25,561 nt of DNA from Promethearchaeota archaeon (lineage in GTDB: Archaea; Asgardarchaeota; Lokiarchaeia; Sigyniarchaeales; SOKP01): positions 1-25,561 of the forward strand of contig JAFGOA010000184.1 in the NCBI GenBank assembly GCA_016926735.1, given 5' to 3'. The position numbers and the translations under genes are program-made. Below the pieces are notes generated by a model. The model had not been told where the DNA came from, ran no database searches, and saw only the letters and a list, made by a program, of their open reading frames with translations. Each line of letters starts with the position of its first letter. The stretch's first letter is position 1. Shown here in pieces: positions 1-7,896 of the stretch.

Positions 1-166
1 GACTTCTTCTATAGGGAGGGGTCACGGCCGTCAGTTACAGGCCAAAAAGAGGATGTCTGCAGATGTCCAGATTTTAAGTAACTGTAATTAATTGATTAGA
101 AATTATATTAATCAAATTTTCTTTATTATATTTCTTCTTAAATTTAGGAAAAGAAAATTTGAATTA

Positions 167-1078
167 TCAATGATTATTACTATTTTCTTCCATAAATTTA
201 GTCACTCCATCTAAATTAGGAGAATTAAGAGTATGAGGAATACTAAGACATACGCATGCAGAAACCGCACATGCAAAATCTATGATATCTCTATCCTTCC
301 ATGAATTAAGTAGTCCATAAATAATACCTGAACGAAATGAATCCCCAGCACCGGTAGTATCGATTGGGATTATTTTATATGGTGAAAAATACTTTTTCTC
401 ATCATTTCCGCGTGAATACCACAGATCATTCTCTCCAAAAGTAAAAATAATCAATCCTTTACAGTTATTTTGATATTTTTTAAACAAATTTTCAGGATCA
501 ATGTTAGGATATGATTGATTTCTCAGCTCATGTGAGATAATTATGGCTTCCGCATGTTGTGCAATGAAATCTTCATATCTACAATCTATAGAAACATAAG
601 GTTTGTGATGTTTTATACACATATGTGCTACAGAGAGTGATTCTTGTTTGAAATAGGGATCTATAGAAATAATTTTTGCATTTTGGATATCTGATTCTTT
701 TGGATAATTCCATTGTCTATCACCAGCATGAAAAGTAATATAATTACCAAAGACAGTTCTAGTATTTTGATCAACTATTACAACTTCTTCTGTACCATTA
801 TAACCATCTTTTACCGATAATTGAGAAAGATCTATATTATATGACTTTAACAAGGAAAAAATTTTAGTGGAATTCTTTTTTCCTAACCAATTCCCATCCA
901 TTTTAGTGGTTATTCCAAGTTTGGAAAGTACAATTGCAGTATTTATGGCTTCTCCACCTACAGAAGGGAGTTCTTTATGAATTTCAGCATATTCGTTTGG
1001 CTTAGGGAATAAGAAGTCTTTATCAAGTATAAAAACCGTGCTTGCTGAAATCATTCCAAAGAGATACACATCATACAT
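167..1078 (-). CDS. PfkB/ribokinase-family carbohydrate kinase
   Basis: 303-aa ORF with N-terminal GGEAINTA and the C-terminal PfkB signature DTTGAGDSFRSG. Confidence 0.9.
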   Translation of the reverse strand: MYDVYLFGMISASTVFILDKDFLFPKPNEYAEIHKELPSVGGEAINTAIVLSKLGITTKMDGNWLGKKNSTKIFSLLKSYNIDLSQLSVKDGYNGTEEVVIVDQNTRTVFGNYITFHAGDRQWNYPKESDIQNAKIISIDPYFKQESLSVAHMCIKHHKPYVSIDCRYEDFIAQHAEAIIISHELRNQSYPNIDPENLFKKYQNNCKGLIIFTFGENDLWYSRGNDEKKYFSPYKIIPIDTTGAGDSFRSGIIYGLLNSWKDRDIIDFACAVSACVCLSIPHTLNSPNLDGVTKFMEENSNNH

Positions 1079-1211
1079 TCTAAGAAGGTGAACAAATTAT
1101 CAAAATTAAATATTTCCAATAAAAAAAAATGAGTTAGTATTTAGAGTCTTTCACATCTATTTTATGGATAAAATAAACATGAGTAAAATTCTATGTATTT
1201 AATCTTATTTC

Positions 1212-1250
1212 TTTCACTTCATGAAGATGTCATGAATAAAGATCGTGAAA
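1212..1250 (+). repeat. 39-bp inter-gene repeat, copy R1 (core AGATG)
   Basis: tttcacttcatgaagatgtcatgaataaagatcgtgaaa read directly. Strand label is the arbitrary consensus orientation. Confidence 0.97.
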
Positions 1251-1354
1251 CAAACTCAATTTAGAATAAAAATATAATAATAGGATATTTTAATGTTTCA
1301 AGTATAATTTTTATATTTAGAATAGAAAAGAAAGAGGAATATAAATTATTATTT

Positions 1355-1759
1355 TCATTTTTTTTTAAGAAATTCATCGTATTCTTTAAGATATTCGCTA
1401 TATTTCTTCTGTTTTTCTTCCTTTCTTTTTTTTATATTCAATATTACTTTAATAATTTTTTCTTTTGAAAGAATTATTGCTATCATAAGAATTATCAGAA
1501 AAAATATACTAAATCCAAATAATAGATTATATATTATTATTTCATTTATGGGTATATGATTAATATATATTATATCTCCCGGAGAAGCATATACAAATGA
1601 TGCTATAACTAAGAAAACAAGCAAAATTATAGCGCTAGCAGCAATTAAAATGTATATAAATAGTCTAAGATTTCTTTGAGAAAATAAGTTTTTTTGATTT
1701 GTAGTTTTGTTTGAATTTAACCTTTCTTCTTCTCTTTTATAATAATTATAATCTTCCAT
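1355..1759 (-). CDS. Hypothetical membrane protein (2 predicted TM helices, charged termini)
   Basis: 134-aa ORF with two hydrophobic stretches and an AGGAGGG SD-like motif upstream. Sole gene between R1 and R2. Confidence 0.7.
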   Translation of the reverse strand: MEDYNYYKREEERLNSNKTTNQKNLFSQRNLRLFIYILIAASAIILLVFLVIASFVYASPGDIIYINHIPINEIIIYNLLFGFSIFFLIILMIAIILSKEKIIKVILNIKKRKEEKQKKYSEYLKEYDEFLKKK

Positions 1760-1842
1760 TTTTAAAATTACCCTCCTTCAACTTATATATATTATAAATA
1801 GATATTTAAATATTTTCAATATATCAATTATAAAAAACGCTT

Positions 1843-1881
1843 TATCACTTCATGAAGATATCATGAATATAGATCGTGAAA
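1843..1881 (+). repeat. 39-bp inter-gene repeat, copy R2 (core AGATA)
   Basis: tatcacttcatgaagatatcatgaatatagatcgtgaaa. Confidence 0.95.
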
Positions 1882-1903
1882 TGTAATGAAATTACATAAG
1901 AAA

Positions 1904-1937
1904 GTGAACTACACACGATCTAAAGGTTGTGGCTTCC
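1904..1937. mobile_element. Remnant IS200/IS605-family end hairpin
   Basis: gtgaactac-acacgatc-taaa-ggttgtg-gcttcc matches the GT(C/G)AACTAC...TAAA...GGCTT subterminal hairpin pattern of IS200/IS605 ends. No transposase or tnpB nearby. Confidence 0.55.
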
Positions 1938-1970
1938 TAAAAATGCACAATCGCTTTTCCTAAGGGATAA

Positions 1971-2252
1971 AAAAAATTATTAGCTAATAAACCATTACCT
2001 AAAACGATCGATGAAAATGATTTAAATAATATAAAAACGTTCAAAAATACCCTAAAAAATCTCAGCAAATAATTAAAAGATTTTTATAATAATTGGATAA
2101 AAAATTATAAAGATGATCCCAAATCCTTTAATGAGGAAATGATTCGACTACAAGAAACCATGCAAATGGAAGTAGGTCAATTTGAATCAATTGCTAATAT
2201 TATGAAAGTTGCTCATGATCAGGCAAAAAGTATTATCAATAATATACGATAG
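1971..2252 (+). pseudogene. 5'-truncated gene fragment ending in an SctF/needle-like helix (…LQETMQMEVGQFESIANIMKVAHDQAKSIINNIR)
   Basis: Manual translation gives a protein-like frame from about 1971 to TAG 2250-2252, with one internal TAA at 2070-2072 and no start codon upstream of that stop. Confidence 0.55.
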
Positions 2253-2394
2253 ATTTTGGTTTAAAAAAATTATTCTTATTTTTTAAATTAATTGATAATT
2301 TTCTTTTCAATTTAGATATGTTTTAAATCTTTTTGTTACTATGATCCTATATATTTTTCAAATCTCCATAATTTAAATTAATCTAAGTTTACCT

Positions 2395-2964
2395 CTAAGC
2401 TTTTATTAATTCTACAAATGAATTTGCAAACTTTTCAATTTCATTCCAATTTATAAAATCATATGTTCGATTTTTCTCTAATTTCAAGGGTACGTTAAAT
2501 TCTTGAATGGTCTTATTCATCTCATGAATAAGGAGTTTTTTATACAAATATCCAAATTGAGAATTCTTGGTAAGATCAAAATATGATCCAAAAATTCCAT
2601 ATATATCTGGAACAAGGTTATATTCTTTAATTAGAGATTTTATATAATTTTCTTCAGCAAAATCATAAATTAATTTATCGCATCCTGCTCCACAACTGAT
2701 AAAAAGCCCCAATTTTAAATTTTTTAATTTAATATTGTTATTTTTTACAAAATACCTAATTTCTTTTTTCCATTTATTGGCATAAATTCCAGAACCAATA
2801 ATTATTCCATCAAATATAGCTAAATCAGGAACATTTTTAATAGATTCTTTATCTAATTTATGTAAAATTGTCATTATATTATTTGATTCTAATATATTTG
2901 CAATATAATTTGCAATTTTAAGAGTTATTCCTGTTTTTGTTCCAAATATAATTAAAACCTTCAT
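2395..2964 (-). CDS. Flavodoxin-domain protein (HemG/Flavodoxin_5-like)
   Basis: MKVLIIFGTKTGITLKIA FMN-binding loop, DGIIIGSGIY, and C-terminal YDFINWNEIEKFA. ATG at 2964 preferred over GTG 2973. Confidence 0.85.
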   Translation of the reverse strand: MKVLIIFGTKTGITLKIANYIANILESNNIMTILHKLDKESIKNVPDLAIFDGIIIGSGIYANKWKKEIRYFVKNNNIKLKNLKLGLFISCGAGCDKLIYDFAEENYIKSLIKEYNLVPDIYGIFGSYFDLTKNSQFGYLYKKLLIHEMNKTIQEFNVPLKLEKNRTYDFINWNEIEKFANSFVELIKA

Positions 2965-3340
2965 AGAATTCACAATTTTAGATTTTTCTTCAGTTTTTTT
3001 TATTTAAGTTTTATTTTTTTGTATATATTTTACTATGATTGTTAAAAAAAGATTAACATTTCTTACAATGATCAATACTTTTATAAATTTCTGATGGTAG
3101 TTCGTTAAAAACTCAAATAAAATCTTAATTTATTAAAATAGTTTTCTATTATTCTTATTATGATAATTTTCTCCAGTCTATCTAAAAATTATAAATAAAG
3201 CTTTATTATTAACTATTTTATAAGATTTTAATTGTGATGATTATAAGGATAATAATAATATAATTGATTAAATTTATTTTGATTTAGAATGATCTAATAT
3301 TTTAAAAGTTCTATTAAATTTAGTAAAGTATGGCTAACTT

Positions 3341-3381
3341 ATAGGAATATATATCATTTATGTTTTCAATTATATTCCCAC
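3341..3381 (-). promoter_or_regulatory. Candidate 3'-UTR SECIS-like hairpin
   Basis: Minus strand GUGGGAAUAUA-AUUGAAAACAUAAAUGAUA-UAUAUUCCUAU: 11-bp stem whose two G.U pairs form only on this strand, enclosing UGAA...UGAU (tandem G.A potential). Begins 7 nt after the stop of the UGA-containing gene. Confidence 0.4.
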
Positions 3382-3388
3382 TAAATTT

Positions 3389-3862
3389 TTATTTATTTAA
3401 TTTTCTTAATTCATTTAATAGGATTCTATTTTCAGGAATATCATGCATATTATCACTATAATAGGTATAAGTTATTATTCCATGCTTATCAATAATTAAT
3501 AATCCAGACATTCTCCCCATTTTCAATATTTTGATTTCTTGGTTTAGGTTTCTTACAATTTTTTTATTTTCATCATAAAATATTGGAAATATCCTTGAAT
3601 ATTTTTGATGCATTTTCAAAGCATTTTTTTTATTATCGGCTAAAATTGCGTATATATATGTATTGAGTTTTTTAAATATCGGGAAGTCTTTTCTTAAATA
3701 AACTAAATGCCTTTTACAGTATGGTCAATATATACTCCTTAAAAGAATCACTATAATATTCTGTTTATTTTGAAAATCTTTTATATTTATTACATCTCCA
3801 TCCGTATTCGGTAATTCAAATTCTTGTATTTTTGTTCCTACTAATTTAAATTTATCTTTCAT
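3389..3862 (-). CDS. AhpC/TSA peroxiredoxin-like redoxin, probable selenoprotein (UxxC)
   Basis: ATG 3862 gives MKDKFKLVGTKIQEFELPNTDGDVINIKDFQNKQNIIVILLRSIY-[TGA 3727-3725]-PYCKRHL..., continuing in frame into the listed 3389..3619 ORF (157 aa total). The TGA occupies the first Cys position of the thioredoxin-fold CxxC. Confidence 0.85.
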
Positions 3863-3946
3863 CTTAATATCTATTAAAAAATTATTAAGAATTGGGAGAT
3901 ACCATTATATCTAAATTATATAATTATAAAAAATAGATTATTTTAA

Positions 3947-3985
3947 ATTCACTTCATGAACCTTTCATGAATAAAGATCATGAAT
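3947..3985 (+). repeat. 39-bp inter-gene repeat, copy R3 (core ACCTT)
   Basis: attcacttcatgaacctttcatgaataaagatcatgaat. Confidence 0.95.
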
Positions 3986-4109
3986 CTCCCTATAGAATTG
4001 TGAATTTATGACATTTATAGAATAAATTTTAGTACATAAAATTATTTAATTTGATATAAACATACCATAATTCTACAGTAAGTTGAATTCTTTAAAAAAA
4101 ATTATTATT

Positions 4110-5087
4110 ATGATAGAATTATTTCTATGGATTGGATTATTTGTTGGAGGATATTTAGTTATTTATTTTTCAGCAGATTTATTTATTGACAATCTAAAGG
4201 AAATCTGTTATATTTCTGGAATATCTCCATTTATTATTGGACTTATTGTTGTAGGAATCGATCCTGAAGAATCAATTGCTTCCTTCACCGCATCTTTAAA
4301 TGATCTCTCATACATTGCAGTAGGAAATGTGATTGGAAATTCTATCTTTTCTCTTAGTTTATGTTTTGCTCTTCCAATGTTTTTCTATAAAATTAACTTA
4401 AAAACAATTTCAAATTATTATTTCTGGATTTTATATCTGAGCATGGGTATTATGTTATTAAGCTTTATTCTCAATTATGGATTATTTATTATGGGTTTGA
4501 TCGCTTTAATTGTTTATTTTGTTTATTTAATCAAGAATTTAAGGTACGCTAAAAAAGGAGAAAAGTCAGATATTTTTGATATTGAGAATATCTTAGAAGA
4601 AATTGTAGATATTAGAGAACAAAAAAGTGTATCAAAAATAAAAAAAATTTTCCTTACTATCTTCGGATTGATATTTATTGTCTTAGGAGGAGAATTACTT
4701 ATTTTATCAACAGAACAAATTATCACTTTAACTAAAATTTCAGAAACATTCTTTGGGTTGATTATCATTGCATTTATAACGAGTGTTGAAGAATTAACTC
4801 TTATTTTTAAATCCATTAAAAAGAAGATTTATGAAATTGGTTTAGGGGGAATGATTGGAAAAATCATATGGAATGTATCCTTTACGTTTGGCATAAGTGG
4901 AATTATAGCGTTATCTATAAAGTATACTTTTATTCTTATAATAAATTGGTTTATTTTGTTAAGTTTAATTCTATTTTTCCATGTTAAAATCAGAAGAAAA
5001 AATAACTTTGGAAAAAAAGATGCAATTATCCTTATAATTGTTCTCATTTTCTTTATCTTCATTAATATATATATTCTTTTAAAATGA
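4110..5087 (+). CDS. Na+/Ca2+ exchanger family (CaCA, YrbG-like) antiporter
   Basis: Two-repeat multi-TM protein with alpha-repeat motifs GIDPEE...GNVIGNS and ITSVEE...GGMIGK. ATG 4110 (track start is TTG 4083). Confidence 0.85.
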   Translation: MIELFLWIGLFVGGYLVIYFSADLFIDNLKEICYISGISPFIIGLIVVGIDPEESIASFTASLNDLSYIAVGNVIGNSIFSLSLCFALPMFFYKINLKTISNYYFWILYLSMGIMLLSFILNYGLFIMGLIALIVYFVYLIKNLRYAKKGEKSDIFDIENILEEIVDIREQKSVSKIKKIFLTIFGLIFIVLGGELLILSTEQIITLTKISETFFGLIIIAFITSVEELTLIFKSIKKKIYEIGLGGMIGKIIWNVSFTFGISGIIALSIKYTFILIINWFILLSLILFFHVKIRRKNNFGKKDAIILIIVLIFFIFINIYILLK

Positions 5088-5199
5088 AATCTTATCATGA
5101 ATTTAACCAATCCTATTGTGGGATTAGAAAAATTGTAGTATAATAATGTAATTTGTAATTTTCATTAATTCTATAAAAAAATGACAGAATATTCTTTTC

Positions 5200-5238
5200 T
5201 TTCACTTCATGATCCTTTCATGAATAACGATTGTAAAA
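5200..5238 (+). repeat. 39-bp inter-gene repeat, copy R4 (core TCCTT, right end decayed)
   Basis: tttcacttcatgatcctttcatgaataacgattgtaaaa. Confidence 0.9.
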
Positions 5239-5270
5239 ACAATTATTATTTTTAATGACTATGATTATTC

Positions 5271-5885
5271 TTAAATCGAAGTAAGAATGATTATTATGCC
5301 GATAACGATAAATAAAATTATAGATATTAATTTTATATAAAATTTTGGAATTTTTTCTGTGATAATTGCTCCAAAAAAAACCCCTATCCAAGTTAGACTT
5401 ATTAAAGCGAAAAAAGCACCAAACCAAACTTCAAAAGGGAGATTATACATTAAAGCAAGGGTGATTGTTAAAATTTGTGATTTATCTCCAAGTTCCATTA
5501 TAAGAATTGATAAAAAACTACATAGATATGGATGATTGTTTAACTTTAATCCTCTAGAACGGTTATCATAACAAATTAATTCTTTTTTTTCTTTTCTTTT
5601 TTCCATATATATTGATTTCAATGATTTTGTTTCAAAGAGACCGATTATAATAAATACTATTCCGGAAATAATAGAAATTATAAAAATAGGAACGTATTGA
5701 GTAATTAATGTCCCAAAAATTAAGCTAAGAGATAATATAAAAGCAAATCCTAATGAAGCACCTATTCCTATCTTATATGATTTCTTATGTTCTAAAGAAA
5801 GATTGAATATAATAAGTTGCGTTTTATCTCCAAGTTCGCCTAAAAATAAAAGACCAAAAACATTAAAAAAAATAAAGAAATCCAT
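5271..5885 (-). CDS. TMEM165/GDT1 (UPF0016) family Ca2+/Mn2+ transporter
   Basis: Two copies of the family motif, ELGDKTQ and ELGDKSQ, each followed by TM helices. Confidence 0.92.
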   Translation of the reverse strand: MDFFIFFNVFGLLFLGELGDKTQLIIFNLSLEHKKSYKIGIGASLGFAFILSLSLIFGTLITQYVPIFIISIISGIVFIIIGLFETKSLKSIYMEKRKEKKELICYDNRSRGLKLNNHPYLCSFLSILIMELGDKSQILTITLALMYNLPFEVWFGAFFALISLTWIGVFFGAIITEKIPKFYIKLISIILFIVIGIIIILTSI

Positions 5886-5948
5886 ATCTTCTATAAATCT
5901 AAAATAAAAATATATTTAAAGATAAAAAGGAAGAATTTGTAAAAAATT

Positions 5949-5987
5949 TTCCGCTTCATGAAGATTTTATTAAAATGGATCGAGAAA
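5949..5987 (+). repeat. 39-bp inter-gene repeat, degenerate copy R5 (core AGATT)
   Basis: ttccgcttcatgaagattttattaaaatggatcgagaaa aligns ungapped to the consensus and lies in the expected intergenic slot. Confidence 0.75.
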
Positions 5988-6071
5988 CATATCAGTAGAT
6001 CACAAGAAAAAAATAATTTTTAATTAACTAAAGTATGATACTGCTAATTTTAGGTTGTGTGTTGATCACAT

Positions 6072-6743
6072 TCACCAAATATATGGAATTAAACGATAAT
6101 GTGTTTTTTTCATATATTCTTTATATCCTTCAAGATCATTTTCTAACATTTTATCTTCAAAATATGTTCTTAAAATGAATGTTATAATAAATAATCCCGC
6201 AGGTATTAAAGTATAGAGTGAACCAAGTGCTAAACAATGACATATTAAGAATATAATAATTCCTGTATACATAGGATGACGAACATATTTATATGGACCA
6301 GAGATAATTACTTTATGTTCTTCCTGAACTTCAATACTTTTTATAAGGTAAGTATTTTCTCTTAATACTAAGAGATAAATAATTGACGATATTATTACTC
6401 CAATAAATCCAATAATTCTAATAAATATTGGTAAATATGACCATTGAAATCGTATAACATCGAGTCCTGGTATGACGAAAGACGGAATCATTAATATAAA
6501 CAAGATAAGAACAATGATTTTATCCCATTTTTGTTTAGGTTTTGGATTCTCTAATCTTTTTTTTAGTAATTCAGGATTCTTTTTATTTAAATAATATAAA
6601 ACGATAAAGATAAATATTCCCCAAATTATTAAATAAATCCATGCTTCAATCCAAAATATTGTTCCTGCTGGTATAAAAAGACTTGAGGCAATAAATAGTA
6701 AAAAAATTCCAACTTTTACTATAGATTTTGCATTTAATAACAT
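6072..6743 (-). CDS. Isoprenylcysteine carboxyl methyltransferase (ICMT/PEMT)-family membrane protein
   Basis: Multi-TM ORF with GPYKYVRHPMY and FEDKML...GYKEYMKKTHYRLIPYIW motifs. Confidence 0.88.
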   Translation of the reverse strand: MLLNAKSIVKVGIFLLFIASSLFIPAGTIFWIEAWIYLIIWGIFIFIVLYYLNKKNPELLKKRLENPKPKQKWDKIIVLILFILMIPSFVIPGLDVIRFQWSYLPIFIRIIGFIGVIISSIIYLLVLRENTYLIKSIEVQEEHKVIISGPYKYVRHPMYTGIIIFLICHCLALGSLYTLIPAGLFIITFILRTYFEDKMLENDLEGYKEYMKKTHYRLIPYIW

Positions 6744-7041
6744 TTTTTAATAATCTTAAACCAAAAGATTTTTTGATTTTTCATAATATTTTTTAATATA
6801 AAAACTTTTAGGTGTACCTAATTTGGAAAATAATAATAGATCTTATATATCTTAAAATTAGATATTCTTATATTTTATTATTTAATATTTTAATTATAAA
6901 GATTTTAAATTATTTATCATATTATTCGAATCTTTTCAGTAATGTTTTTGGGAAAGTTTATATAAATTTCTTTTATAAAATAATTGTGTGTAAAAAAAGG
7001 TAGATCTTCCTATATAATCTAAAATCTAATCTTGAATATTC

Positions 7042-7080
7042 TTTCACTTAATGAAAACTTCATGAATAAAGATCGTGAAA
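7042..7080 (+). repeat. 39-bp inter-gene repeat, copy R6 (core AAACT)
   Basis: tttcacttaatgaaaacttcatgaataaagatcgtgaaa. Confidence 0.95.
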
Positions 7081-7084
7081 AATG

Positions 7085-7470
7085 TGATGAAATAGTATTA
7101 ATAATTCCTGTTAAATTTTTTCTATTGTAGTTTTTGTTTCATCGTAAGCCTTTTCAGGAGATAAATAATGAAAAGGGCCATAAGATAATGAGATACCTGC
7201 ATTTGCTATTAATATTCGAATAGAACCAAAGGCATCTACTGTTTTTTTAACGATATTTTTTAGACTAAAAGGATCTGTTACATCACATACGTGTCCAATT
7301 ATGCAATCTCCAAATTCTTTTTTAAAATCACTAAGTGTTTTATTAACATTCTTTTCATTACGAGAACATATTGCTACTTTGCATCCTTTTTTAAGAAATA
7401 TCTCTGCTAACTTTTTACCAATTCCACTTGTAGAACCTATTATTAAAGCAGTTTCATTTATTAATTTCAT
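7085..7470 (-). pseudogene. Short-chain dehydrogenase/reductase, N-terminal half only
   Basis: GSTSGIG, CDVTD and ANAG motifs. The frame stops at 7111, but a one-base shift in the A-run at about 7116-7121 continues NLTGIINTISS up to repeat R6. The catalytic YxxxK half is absent. Confidence 0.85.
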
Positions 7471-7795
7471 AGAGTTAAATTATAATTTAATAATTATATT
7501 AATTCAATAGATATTAGTTTTTTATAAAAATTATCTTAATTATTTTATAAGTTTGAAATTATTTTAATATATGAGGAAGAAGAAGAATCTTATCCAGAGT
7601 AAAAAATGGAGATTTCATTTCTGAATTTAAAAGTACAAAATATTGATACGATTTTTCATATATATATTTCCCTATTCAGAGTAAGGTAAGTTATTAAATA
7701 AATAATAAATAAGAGTAAATTAATCTTAAAAAATAAAGAATCTTAAGGTTATTATTGTTTCTAATTATTTCCTCCGTTTTGCATATTCTCCTAGG

Positions 7796-7860
7796 ACAAA
7801 TAGGAAAACCTTAAATATTATTTCATATAGAATAAATTTAGTACAAATTATCCTATTTGT
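7796..7860 (+). promoter_or_regulatory. Putative promoter with 10-bp inverted operator pair upstream of the GH5 gene
   Basis: ACAAATAGGA (7796-7805) and TCCTATTTGT (7851-7860) bracket a BRE/TATA-like GAAAACCTTAAATA. Confidence 0.4.
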
Positions 7861-7896
7861 ATAAAAATAATTACTTTTAGATTAAAGTGGTTTAAA

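Noticed and set aside
1149-1188. Possible inverted degenerate repeat copy (tttcacatct...catgagtaaaa)
   Set aside because: Needs several gaps and mismatches, and is not distinguishable from chance in AT-rich DNA.
3389-3619. 76-aa ORF as a standalone gene
   Set aside because: It is the C-terminal half of the UGA-containing redoxin starting at 3862.
4523-7510. Short ORFs 4523..4816, 4829..5110, 5218..5427, 6812..7003 and 7301..7510
   Set aside because: They overlap better-supported genes or repeats, or are low-complexity AT-rich intergenic frames.
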